Source of the DNA: Stylophora pistillata
Taxonomy: Eukaryota
Reading direction: 5' to 3'
DNA length: 63,500 nt
Assembly (NCBI RefSeq): GCF_002571385.2
Contig: NW_019217951.1
Coordinates: 62,001 to 125,500, forward strand
Part shown: in pieces, positions 39,038-50,954 of the stretch
How the letters are laid out: every line of letters begins with the position of its first letter
How positions within the stretch are numbered: the first letter of the stretch is position 1
Notes under the pieces: generated by a model
What the model saw: only the letters and a program-made list of their open reading frames with translations
Databases searched by the model: none
What the model was told of the DNA's origin: nothing
Translations under genes and position numbers: made by a program

Positions 39038-39408
39038 CTACCTAATTCATTTTAAATTCACTAGTAAGGCTGGTATAGCTGTCGCTTGATTTTAAAAACC
39101 AGTTGTAAATTGTATTAACTATTGTCTTTGTTTTGACAAAAGTCACGACAAACGTTTTCTGTCAGCGAGCAATGTTTGTATTTCAACAGTGGCACCGCAT
39201 TTTTCTTGTGCAGGACAAGGGGTAGGGGCGGGTGGTCAGTAGGTTGCAAGCATTACAATTTTATGTTATATATTGCTTTAGACTCGATATATTTTTCTAG
39301 GACTTTTCTTCCTTCCCCGTTGTGTTATAGTGACCACAGTGCAAATGTATGGCTGTATGACCTTTTGAAAATGAGTAATAATTGCAGAATACATTGGACC
39401 TCAGAAAC

Positions 39409-39707
39409 CTATTTGAAATAGTCTTGGATTTGGGGTGGATCTATTCCAAAAAAACTTCGAAGTACTTGATTGATAAAGACAACTGTGTGCGTTTCTAAAA
39501 GAGCGCGCACACAATGTACATTTTGCCAACAGGACTTAAGCCGATTTTTAAGTTTTTCTTGAGATCTAGGAATGCAAATTAGTTCACAATGTCCCCAAAT
39601 AACCATTCTACCGAAACTCTGACTTGGCTCATGGCCTTGTTGAACTGTTGCTCTGCTGGTGTCAAATGAGCGCCTTTGAAGGGCCCTTGTAAATGGACAC
39701 ACAAAGG
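39409..39707 (-). pseudogene. Harbinger (HARBI1/DDE_Tnp_4-like) transposase C-terminus
   Basis: Manual translation: PLCVHLQGPFKGAHLTPAEQQFNKAMSQVRVSVEWLFGDIVN*FAFLDLKKNLKIGLSPVGKMYIVCALL, frameshift, ..FFGIDPPQIQDYFK. Confidence 0.85.
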
Positions 39708-40321
39708 GAAAGTCCCTAGTGAATATGGACGAAGGCACCAAAGGACGAGTATCCGAATTACTAAGTGAAGCGTCCAGGCTTTTTTCTTTGTCCTCCGGCA
39801 CTGCTTCGAACCCTGCAGTGAATTCCAGTCGTTCAGCGGCGATGCCGCAGGCGACGATCAACGAAACTCTCAGGCGCGTGCTGAGGGAATGCTTCGGGAA
39901 AGTACATCCGCCGGCCTCTGTAGGCGATTGAACAGACAAGAACGTTTGAAAGCGGCATCTAGCTCCTACCAGCATAATAACACAGCTGAGAAAACGGCGA
40001 AGAAAGAAAAAAAGGTTTTGGAATATGCTTTATTACGTTGCTGGGACTCGGATGATTCGGAGGAGCTTCACCACTGATCTAAGATGGGACTCTGTCATTG
40101 CAAACGGTATGCTGGTATTAGAAGAATGTGCGGGCGAAACTACCATACGGAAAGCAGTGAAGGAATCTTTGACGACTAAATTTCCTTTACTTGGCTTTCC
40201 TGATTTTGAGTTTATAAAGGTCCACCACAAGGCAATTTCCGCACTTCAATTGGGACCAGGAACTGAGTACAACAATTCTATAGTAAAAAAGATGGCAGGC
40301 CAAGGTTTGGTATATCTTAAA

Positions 40322-40877
40322 TTATAACCCACCCATTAATTTTGGCGCGATTTTATTGGTTACTTTACGTCACGTGGTGCAAAATCACGGGACAGTTATC
40401 ACACAATAACCTCCGTCCGCGTCGATATTTGTCATCCGATTTTTTTCGTAAAAAAAAGAAACATAGTCAACACAAGAGTTTCAACTTTTCCGTTCTCCTA
40501 TTTACATAGAAGGAAACCAAACTCGGATGTAATTTCTTTTTCAGTCCTCACAGTGACAATTGAAATGATTTGATTTTTTCCTGAGACTGATAAACATTTC
40601 TTTTTAGTCAAGTTTTTGAACAGCACGTCGGAAAATGTGAACCAAAAGCGCCAAGTTTTCGAGATTTTGAACTAAGGGATGTTATGAGAGTTAATTTCAA
40701 ATGACAGCGTGACAAGGTTTGGTCCAATCACACTGAAAATAAAGTTATTTAAACCAATCAAATGTACTTGCTTGCTTTCGTCAATCACGCGCATTCGCTA
40801 TCAGATCACCACTGGCTTTTTTAACTGTGTTTACGCGCAGTTTAATTGCGATGTGAAAATTAATGGGAGGGCTATAA
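40322..40877. mobile_element. MITE inserted in the HECT gene
   Basis: TTATAACCCACCCATTAATTTT ... AAAATTAATGGGAGGGCTATAA. Confidence 0.75.
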
Positions 40878-41501
40878 AATAAATAAACCCCGTTCTGGCT
40901 TACTGGTATGTCGGCTGATAATGTCCTTGGTTGAGAGATTGTCCTCGAAATTTCATATTTGCCCTCGAAGCTTCGCTTTCTGTGTTGAAGATAATAAGCA
41001 TGTTGAAAATCAGGATTTGTTGGACAATGCAGATGCAAGTGCATCATCAAAAGCTAACCAGCTGGTAGAAGAAATCCACAAACAAGGCTTAAGTGATCCT
41101 GTAGAAATGTTGCATTTCTTGCAAAAAGAGCTTGTTCAAGGGCGAGCTTTGGATGTGACAAGTGAATCTGAATTAAAGGAAGGGGAAACCAATTACATTT
41201 GCATAGACAGACATGACATTTTAAAGGTAACTTTCACAGACCTTTCATCCATAGAGAATTTCAATATTACATTTGAGGTGAATTTTATGGGAGAAAAAGC
41301 TAGAGATCTTGGTGGGTCACGCAAACAATGGATCCGCCTTATGAATTTGGCAATCAAGGAGAAGTATTTTGACCACAAATGAATAAAGGCTGATAGTTTC
41401 GAAAGAAACTGTTTGGGGCTGCGTCGGTGGGAGTAACGAAATAATTTGGATATATCAACAAAAGTTGAAATGGTAAATTGGCCACCGTAATGATTACAAA
41501 A

Positions 41502-41535
41502 GCTGACGTTTCGAGCGTTAGCCCTTCGTCGGAGC
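41502..41535 (-). ncRNA. Minimal hammerhead variant (PLE)
   Basis: GCT-CCGACGA-aGGGC taac GCTC-GAAA-CG-TC-AGC; U4-to-C core variant. Confidence 0.65.
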
Positions 41536-42991
41536 GAATAGAGGAATTGTGGGTTGTGTGTGCTTTTAAAGGCAGAAAATGGAGCTACGTTATTGGTGGG
41601 TGCATGGCAACGAGAAAAACATGAATAAATTAGTGGAATGAAAAGCGTTCATTGATCCCTGTGGGATTGAGACTGCCGGTTTGAAAGATGAGCTTTTGTT
41701 CAAGATTTTTACGGCTTTCCGTGCCACCTAAGTGCAAGGAAAGACCGCAGATTGCCATATGTTGCTTAGAATGATTAGGTAAATTAAAATNATATACATA
41801 AAAAGGCGAGACGGTACTTTTAAAATAATTCATTTAAGGAAAAAATGTTACAAAGCCCGTTCAAAATAATTAGGCTTACGTTTGAGAATTACGGAGTTCC
41901 TGAAAATATTAACTCACATGCATATGAGCTTTTAAACTAACAAAGCGTTTTCTACTCTGAATCGGAGTCGAGCACTTTTAGTCTTTTCTACCTCTTCGTG
42001 GATTTTATCTTAGTTTCTAGAGTGGCCAAGGTCAGTTATCGATTGGGACTGCTAATACAGATGTTGAATTGACCACCATGAATAACAGCAACGGTAAAGT
42101 CAGGGGCGACCGTATGTATGCTGGCCATGTTGATAATCTGCGGCTGAACATGCTGAATGGACTGTGGTCGAAGAACATTGAAAAACTTGAGTAATGAGAA
42201 GGTCAGATCATTGTATGATGGTGTTTGGTAATCTGTGGATGAGAATAATAGAAGGTTATTCATCCGAATTGTTAAGAATGAAAAGCAACCGCACTTACTT
42301 TAAGACTGAGTTGTCTACTGCACTAGAAATTGAATAATTTTCTTCGATTTCCATAGCGCGTTACCAAGAAACACGCCCACAGTAAAAAGCGGAAGCTTAG
42401 GAATCACCCTTAATGGGCTGCAATATTAAACATCTATTTTCTTAGAGAGAATGAATCAGCTCTCCTTTCAGGCCCTCATGATATTCAGCAACGGCACATA
42501 ACTAATCGATTAACCATGTATTTTGTTAGAGAGAATAGTCAGCTCTCCTTTCTGGCCTTAAAATGTCACCAACGGCTATGTAGGATGTGAAAAGTAAATC
42601 GTACTGAATTTTCTCATAGGAAACATGTGGATCCCTCTTGAGAGAATTTAGGGGACGACAAATTGAGAAGCATTCTTTGCAGTAAGCTTGTGTGTTGTTG
42701 GCCTTATTAGATGAAGCATTACTGGCACTTTCTGAAAGATCTTGAGAAACCCAAACACATCCAACCCTCGTTGCAAATTGACAATGGTTATTTGTTGACG
42801 TCACCAGTTCTTCAATGACACTGACTGGTACGAAAGTTGGTAACTGTCCATTTTGCAGGAGAGCAATACCCATCATGATGCCCACATAAAAATAGTCAGA
42901 AGAAAGATGTTCTCTGAGGCTGTGGTCAAAATAATTTGGATATATCAACAAAAGTTGAAATGGTAAATTGGCCACCGTAATGATTACAAAA

Positions 42992-43025
42992 GCTGACGTT
43001 TCGAGCGTTAGCCCTTCGTCGGAGC
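42992..43025 (-). ncRNA. Minimal hammerhead variant, left arm of the palindrome
   Basis: Identical to 41502-41535. Confidence 0.55.
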
Positions 43026-43030
43026 CCTTC

Positions 43031-43064
43031 GCTCCGACGAAGGGCTAACGCTCGAAACGTCAGC
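43031..43064 (+). ncRNA. Minimal hammerhead variant, right arm of the palindrome
   Basis: GCTCCGACGAAGGGCTAACGCTCGAAACGTCAGC. Confidence 0.65.
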
Positions 43065-45653
43065 TTTTGTAATCATTACGGTGGCCAATTTACCATTTCA
43101 ACTTTTGTTGATATATCCAAATTATTTTGACCACAGCCTCAGAGAACATCTTTCTTCTGACTATTTTTATGTGGGCATCATGATGGGTATTGCTCTCCTG
43201 CAAAATGGACAGTTACCAACTTTCGTACCAGTCAGTGTCATTGAAGAACTGGTGACGTCAACAAATAACCATTGTCAATTTGCAACGAGGGTTGGATGTG
43301 TTTGGGTTTCTCAAGATCTTTCAGAAAGTGCCAGTAATGCTTCATCTAATAAGGCCAACAACACACAAGCTTACTGCAAAGAATGCTTCTCAATTTGTCG
43401 TCCCCTAAATTCTCTCAAGAGGGATCCACATGTTTCCTATGAGAAAATTCAGTACGATTTACTTTTCACATCCTACATAGCCGTTGGTGACATTTTAAGG
43501 CCAGAAAGGAGAGCTGACTATTCTCTCTAACAAAATACATGGTTAATCGATTAGTTATGTGCCGTTGCTGAATATCATGAGGGCCTGAAAGGAGAGCTGA
43601 TTCATTCTCTCTAAGAAAATAGATGTTTAATATTGCAGCCCATTAAGGGTGATTCCTAAGCTTCCGCTTTTTACTGTGGGCGTGTTTCTTGGTAACGCGC
43701 TATGGAAATCGAAGAAAATTATTCAATTTCTAGTGCAGTAGACAACTCAGTCTTAAAGTAAGTGCGGTTGCTTTTCATTCTTAACAATTCGGATGAATAA
43801 CCTTCTATTATTCTCATCCACAGATTACCAAACACCATCATACAATGATCTGACCTTCTCATTACTCAAGTTTTTCAATGTTCTTCGACCACAGTCCATT
43901 CAGCATGTTCAGCCGCAGATTATCAACATGGCCAGCATACATACGGTCGCCCCTGACTTTACCGTTGCTGTTATTCATGGTGGTCAATTCAACATCTGTA
44001 TTAGCAGTCCCAATCGATAACTGACCTTGGCCACTCTAGAAACTAAGATAAAATCCACGAAGAGGTAGAAAAGACTAAAAGTGCTCGACTCCGATTCAGA
44101 GTAGAAAACGCTTTGTTAGTTTAAAAGCTCATATGCATGTGAGTTAATATTTTCAGGAACTCCGTAATTCTCAAACGTAAGCCTAATTATTTTGAACGGG
44201 CTTTGTAACATTTTTTCCTTAAATGAATTATTTTAAAAGTACCGTCTCGCCTTTTTATGTATATTCCGACAAATTAAATATATTTTTAGGCGTCTTGACT
44301 GCATTGATTGGGTCTAAATGAAAGCCATATCGAGTTGGCGACTTCGTTGTCCTTTGTGTTCAATTGACTGTGAATTAAAGTTTAAACTGGACATTTGCAA
44401 TATCTCAGTACTGATATAATAAACAAATTAATTACTAGTTAGTACACTTGAACGATTATTATTCACTTGCTGCGAAGAATCCCAAACTCACTCGCTTGAA
44501 GACTCGACTCGTTCGTTCATTAAATTTGCGATTCTTCACAACTCGTAATAATAAATCGTATATCCTCACCAGCCATGAAGTAATCTATGTTTCTCAACGA
44601 TTCGGATTAATCTCCTTCAGTTATTCCATATACAGATTTTGAAACACCATAATCATGAGACATTCTCCAGCAGCACTCAGAGAATGGTTCCGTCTAATTT
44701 ATTATATCTTTTATTCCAGTTCTTGATTTTACAAAATATCAACTTGTACACAGCGTTAAATCAAAATTATTTACTGAGGTAAGTTGCACAACGCAAATCT
44801 ACATCTTTCTTTAGTTAGTACGAGAGTATCAAAACATCATTTCCCAAAATCTAAATTCATAGACTTAAAACCATTTTTGGCAACTTGCCAAAAGTGACTT
44901 CTAGTAAACTTCGTACTCTAAGCTGAATTTATTCAATCTATTACTCGCTGCTTATTATGTATTTATTTCTTTCTTCCACATTTTGAGTTACAATTTTGAA
45001 AGTATCTGTCACATTTTATGTGCTCGAGGAATTAGCGTCTTTTACAAATATATGAAACTAAGTGAAAACTAAACTGCTTGAGATATCCAATGATCTAATA
45101 AAATCATCGTAATTTTTCATAACTTTAAAACTACTCACGTCTGAGTCAATCTCTGATAAATCTGTTTTTGATGCTCACACTCTGATTCGCGTTCCTCTAT
45201 TTCCCATTCACTACTAACTTCTGACTCAATGCTGACTTCTACTGATCTGTAAAGTACATGCTTATATATTCGCTATCGATAGGCATGGTTAGCCATGCTG
45301 GTCGACTGACTTTGGAAGATTAAACACTTTCTGTTGTTAGAACACCGACCCAAACACTTTGATTTACGAGAATCGTACAAATGAGCAACAACATACTAAA
45401 TGTTTCCGATGAAATGAATCAATCGTTGACTACGTAAGCCTAACAAAAACTTTTGTGTGGGTCCAAGGTAAGGTCAGTTGACAAAAACTAAACACGTCCA
45501 TTTATGGAAGTTAAACAAGACAGTAACAATTTGGAAATTTACTGACTTAATAGCTTAAACTCAAATAACTTGGGACTTCAAAAAAAAAACAAGTAGTACA
45601 GCTACAGGCTAAAAAATGAACGAATTACTACGCCACACCGAACTAATATAACA

Positions 45654-46804
45654 CTAAACAACTGATGTAATCACCTCGCTGCTGTTCACGTCACCGCTCA
45701 TCGCGGCCAGTAAACCGTCGGTAGTTTTCTCGCCTAGCCAATGAAGTAAACATATTCTAATTGTGAAGCCAAGAACGCTGAACACACACACACACACACA
45801 CACAGAAAGTGACAGGTAAAGAGTACCAAGTTTTGAGATAATAAGTGAAATGAAACATCAAGATCATAAAGCAGTTTTCTACTACGAACAAAAAATGTGA
45901 TAAACGCACAATCACTCTCACACCTTTTATTACTGGTCAATGAAGAACGCCGAAACATCCTCTATCAAACAGTGAATGCCCATAAAAATTATATTCGAGA
46001 AGACATCTTTCATACCTCTTTCCAGAATAAAAATCGTTACTGCCAGAGCACTAGAATGAAATGATAACACGCCAATAACCCACCACTTGTAGCTGACGGT
46101 GAAATAGCAGATGGCGAACAGTCGACTGCTCAGGAGAAGTAAGTAAGTTACAACACAATGCAACTTTGTATTTTAATTTCAACACAATGCAACTTTGTAT
46201 TTTACTTTCAGGTCACCGCCATTTGATATTATCTTGCACTCGGCGAGAGTCTCCTCATCAGTGGCTGTGAAGGCCCAAGTCAGAGTGAGGAAAGAGACGA
46301 GTAAGAAAGTCATTTAAGAAAGTCATTTGAATAATCGTAGCTGGCCTCTTGAACACTGATGGCGTACAACTGGATCATAAATTGTGGGGCGGACTCAAGG
46401 ACTGCCTCAAAGAGCGCAGCAAAGGTAATGTGACCGAGTATATTGTCAGCTCTGACATCACTATCCCCGTCGATTTTATAATTATCTTACGCCACCTTTT
46501 CTTAAGACAGAAAATAAAGGCTTCCATTGTTGCGAAGGCTGCTGAAAATGGATGGAATGCACAAAGAGCAGTTTTTGCATAATCTGACGGTGAATGCCAG
46601 CTTCGACGGATCACGCAAAACAATACTGGAAACACAAAACATGGCAATAAAACAAAAGTATGCCCCACGCCAAACCATGTCTTGTGATCCGTGCGATAGA
46701 ATTCTACCAGTGTGAGTGTGTCGGTGGTGGGATCAGCAAAACTGAAAATAGCTCCAACAGAAGAACAGCAAGGGACTGTACCACTTAAAATCTTTCACTT
46801 CCAT
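45654..46804 (-). pseudogene. XK-related pseudogene, copy B
   Basis: MEVKDFKWYSPL start; frameshifts; local duplications at 46153-46203 and 46303-46328; (CA)n expansion at about 45783. Confidence 0.88.
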
Positions 46805-47303
46805 ATCGACTTTCCTTTCGTTAGTTCGCCTAGAAGATCGGCTTGTATTGATAAAGGCTCGGTTTCTAATTAAACTTGTTTGGTGCACTGTGCTTGTATC
46901 AGAGGCTTTTGCGCTCTGCCTCGACTGAAAAACTGCAAAATTTCCGTTAGTAGTAATGTGATCTCTTAATGTCACGGAAAGAGGTTCGCTGCGCGTCTGT
47001 ATGAATTTTTAATAGAAAATGCTGGAAACCGATTCGTTCTCAGCATATTCTTTCTGAAGCACTCTGGGAGAGCTGGTGTCCTTGTGATTACATTTCAAGT
47101 TTGGATCAGCAAAACTAAAAGAGTTCCAACAAGGAACACAGAAGGACTGTAAGGTTATTAAAAGTAGTTTGTTGCACTGTTAATTATCACAAGCTTTTGA
47201 ATTGAGCCTCGACTGAAAAACTGCAAGGTTTCCTTTGGTTTAATTAATTTGATATCACACTAAAGGTGACAGGAAGAGAGGCTTACCGTCTGTATTCATT
47301 TAA

Positions 47304-47987
47304 GGTTACCGTGCACCTTCAGGGTTGTCTCGCGTGCAAGCGATGTAGCGCGTCCGGTTTAAACTGTAGATATCTAAACTCCTATATCAAATTAAAGCTT
47401 GGAGGACTGGCTATCAGACTATACCAAAAATTTTTGAAAAAAATTAACTGTCGAATTTTTCACGACTTCTAAATGCGAGCGCGCCCGAATCACCTTTTGA
47501 GCGTTACATGTTAAAGCGAATTTTGTTCTTTGCTTCTTTAATGTGTTCCTCCGTTTAGGGCCAAAGCGCTAAAAAAACGTATCTGCGATTTGCCATATTT
47601 AATTTCAGTGAAAAGTTACAGAACATTTTTAAAATAGGATTAAAAAAATGTGGAGTGATTGTACAAAAATCGCTCTTGAAAAAAAGTATTCATAAATAAA
47701 AAATTCGGAGACACATTTTTGTTGTTCATGTGTAAAACTAGCCACTGTCAAAATTGGAGAGCAATCGAACAAATTCCCTTTGGCTTGTAGCTCTTAAAAG
47801 GTGATTCGGGCGCTCGCATTTAGAAGTCGTGAAAAATTCGACAATTCATTTTTTTCCAAAATGTTTGGTATAGTCTGATAGCCAGTCCTCTAAACTTTAA
47901 TTTGATATAAGGTTTAGATATCTACAGTTTAAACCGGACGCGCTACATTGCTTGCACACGAGACACCCGTGAAGGTGCACGGTAACC
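47304..47987. mobile_element. TTAA-targeting MITE (Kolobok-like), TIRs of about 190 bp
   Basis: TTAA-GGTTACCGTGCACCTTC ... GAAGGTGCACGGTAACC-TTAA; absent at the paralogous site near 56630. Confidence 0.85.
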
Positions 47988-48591
47988 TTAAATGTAGTGT
48001 TTTCAAGTTGCTAGAAACTGATTGGTTCTCTGATTAATCTTTCTGACGTAACCTGGGAGAGCTAAGGCCTCTATGATTAGATTCCTTGTGGAGTGTCAAA
48101 TGACGAAACCCAAACTTCTGCTTCTCAAAAGTTCCTCGTTATCATATTAAGGTAAATATCACAGTCATTTTACGGTAAATAATTGAAGCTAGCTTCTTAA
48201 CAGTCGGCTGATAAATATTCAATTAAGGTACGCGGAACATACAAATGTTTTTACAAAGAAAAAATGAGTTCAAACGAATTTCAAATTTAATCCTGAAAAC
48301 TGACTTCATCGTGTAAAGTCTGTCAATCAGAAGATCAGTTTTCCGTTGAAAAATGTTAGTGCAGTACTCACGAATGCTTCACGTTGTCATCAGACTTACA
48401 AATTAAACTAGTTTGGCCTGAGACCTCGCCATTCTATTTTCGAACGAAAAGATATTCCATAGCTACCTGATAGAGCGTTAAAGAAAATATTAAAGAGAAC
48501 CGACCAAAACTCAAAGTAAAAAAAAAAAATCGCGCGAAAACGCGAATGACAAATCTCCTGCTGCCCTGATACATAACTACAATGATTTTCG

Positions 48592-48673
48592 CAACCTCGT
48601 TCCCAGGGCTTTTCCCTTTTTGAATTTTGGTGGGCAGGAATTCAAAAAGGGAAAAGCCCTGGGAACGAGGTTG
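48592..48673. mobile_element. 82-bp hairpin MITE with 9-bp TSD (Academ-like)
   Basis: CAACCTCGTTCCCAGGG...CCCTGGGAACGAGGTTG flanked by TGATTTTCG on both sides; empty site at about 57249. Confidence 0.9.
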
Positions 48674-48791
48674 TGATTTTCGTCCAAACTTCTTTGTCTG
48701 TTACTCTCCACACCCTGCAGGGCCGTTCGTGAAGATTTTAAGGCCAAAACCCTGAAAAGCTCAGCTGATAATTCTCTCCAAGAAAAACATC

Positions 48792-49000
48792 TTAACCTTC
48801 TCACTCTTACGAGTGACCAAGACAGAATTTCTCCTTACAATATTAATGTAATATCAAGCAAACGAGAAATAAGACTAAAAAACATTATCAATCAGGGGAT
48901 TAGTTGATCCAATACCAAACTCTCCTTACTAACATCATAAGAATTGTATGGCAGACGGTGGGGAGAATCACTAATTAGATCTTGGCAGTGTAAGGGTCAA
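48792..49000. mobile_element. piggyBac-like MITE
   Basis: ttaaccttctcactc ... cagtgtaagggtcaa; empty ttaa site at about 57356; related copy at about 61473-61650. Confidence 0.7.
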
Positions 49001-49374
49001 TCGATTGGTGTATCTTAAAAAAATTATATACTTTATACTCATCAATTGTTTTTAGTTGGATGGATTTGTCTCGCTGTTCAGTGATATGTGGAGCCGTAAA
49101 AAAGAGATTTTGCAAAGTTTCCTTTTTTTTCCCTTGTTTATTACCAAAATAAAGCTACTTGAGTAAATGCACGAACAATAGCGATGCTTGTGTATTTTCG
49201 GATAATTTCGTCGTCCTTCGCCACTGCGTCGACATGATCCGGAAAACTTTCGTTCCTCTATAATACAAGACCTCGACAGTTACATTCGACCGTTTGAATA
49301 CACGAAAATAAACTTCCTCACTCAAACTCCTCATAGCACCAAACCCAGTCTTGAAAGAGCGATACATCACCTCT

Positions 49375-50103
49375 TTAAACCGACGCTTTGGCTTTAGGTT
49401 GAAATCTTCCGAAGAACTGTACAGTTGGTGCGTGGACCTGTTCGTGCAAAGCGTTTCTCACTAAAGCCGTAAACTTGTTAACTAAACAGAAAGCCGTTGA
49501 TACTTCAAACACCAGGTTGTATAAGATGACCACGCGAAAATTACCAAGCCAGTCAAGCCGCCAAAACTCGCTCATCAAGTCGAACGCGGTTATCCCTAAA
49601 ATGTTGAAAACAAGCAAAACTGGTTATGAAGAACTTTTTCTCGATGGAGTGTCATAATAAAACCCAAGCAATCACAGCAGCTAATAATACGACGGAAAAA
49701 TCAAGAGGAAACAATGAGACCTCAAACTAAAAATAAACAAAAAGCAAACAAACAAACTGCCTGAAGCGCGGGAAAACGCGGGTGACCAAGTCACGATTAG
49801 TTTCAGTTTTGAATCTGATTGGTTGAGAAAGTGGCGCAAGTTAACTAGACCAATCACATGACGAAGTAAGCAAAAACCAAAGCATTCCCGGATTAGATTT
49901 CACTCTATTGAGAATTTCTCTATCAATCCTTTTACAGTGACAAGATACTCCAGTAGTTTTAGTTTCATATGGAGAACGATCAAGCACTCGAGGTCAGCCA
50001 TGAAATTCTTTAAAAAGATCTCAATTACAGTCTTACCAAGTGTTCTGGACAGAGCTGGTAACGCTGAACTAAGAATCAATAAGACAATATAGTTGGGGAT
50101 CAC
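49375..50103 (-). pseudogene. Duplicated last two LMBR1 exons (50037-50103, 49375-49595)
   Basis: VIPNYIVLLILSSALPALSRTLG|ITAFDLMSEFWRLDWLGNF; same exon sizes (67, 221 bp) and splice sites as the intact gene; no upstream exons. Confidence 0.85.
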
Positions 50104-50954
50104 CTGAAATAAACCTGAAAGAACTCTGAATAAACAAACACATGCAGACAGTGACAGGTAAAGAGTACCAAGTGTTGAGGTGAATCAAGAATGACTTGTT
50201 TATTTCGAGAACCTGGAAAGAAAACCAACTGTGGTTATTCATAAACTAATATTCTTAGAAAGTGTACATGTCCGACTAAGTTTTTTTTCAAAATTTTTAT
50301 TCAAGTGCAGTCCATAACATTCCTCATTACGATTCGGATAAATAACTCTAGCTTTTCATGTTCGTATTTCTATCCGCGAAAACTGTTCTGGGGGGGTTCA
50401 TAACTTAACGTCTTTTTTATTTAAAATTTCGCATACACGATTCGTGTTCGAAAAACGAATGGCGATCTAATTTATGTAATTTAGACCTCAAGACTATTCA
50501 AATGCAAATCAACATTTTTGTTGGTGCGAGAGTGTCAAAAATCTAGATTAATATATATCAGCCTTCTTATCCACTCACTCGAGGAAATGTTTGAGTCTTC
50601 TATTAAGTACTAAATACTCAATTGTATCGATCCATTCATCGCTGTTTGTTACCAAGTTACTTTACGTGTTTATTTCATTCCTTCTACCATAAATTTTACA
50701 AGTAAAGCATCTCTATCTAATGGGTGTTCATCCAAATCCTCGCCGTTTTAGCGTGCATTTTTGATAGTCAACACAATATTAGAACTGATTTAACAAACAT
50801 ATTTTATTGGTCCAATTATTTCAAGCTTATGTATTTCGCGCATGACTGCTGTTTGCGGCTGGTGAACCGGTCACAGCAGATTTGGACCCTCGCAGATTTA
50901 ACCCCCACTCGCTCCCCCCACCCCATACAAATCCGCTAGCAGATACGAGAGCTC

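Larger units (their letters stand above)
37165..39717. mobile_element. PIF/Harbinger transposon, internally deleted
   Basis: Ends AAGGACTTT / AAAGTCCCT with 3-bp TSD AGT (37162-37164, 39718-39720); convergent Myb/SANT-like gene and transposase. Confidence 0.8.
41378..43122 (-). mobile_element. Penelope-like insertion with an inverted pLTR and 13-bp TSD
   Basis: TATTTTGACCACA at 41365-41377 and 43123-43135; GIY-YIG C-terminus RKNLEQKLIFQTGSLNPTGINERF at 41630-41790; hammerheads. Confidence 0.8.
39725..43480 (+). pseudogene. G2E3-like HECT-domain E3 ligase, disrupted
   Basis: ETNYICIDRHDILK..FEVNFMGEKARDLGGSRKQW..KYFDH continues as SLREHLSSDYFYVGIMMGIALLQNGQLP after the Penelope insertion; N-terminal ..KMAGQGLVYLK. 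Confidence 0.75.
41792..44264. repeat. Long inverted repeat with 1234-bp arms and a 5-nt loop
   Basis: 41792-43025 is the reverse complement of 43031-44264; mirrored identical ORFs (149 aa and 75 aa) on both strands. Confidence 0.95.
43627..50113 (+). repeat. Segmental duplication unit B (XKR plus LMBR1 3' end)
   Basis: Collinear with 52771-59240 apart from copy-specific MITEs and deletions. Confidence 0.88.

Noticed and set aside
39409-39975. 188-aa minus-strand ORF
   Set aside because: Crosses the Harbinger end; only its last residues are in the transposase frame
42526-43530. Twin 149-aa ORFs as duplicated genes
   Set aside because: Mirror images from the palindrome; Penelope pLTR fused to a HECT fragment
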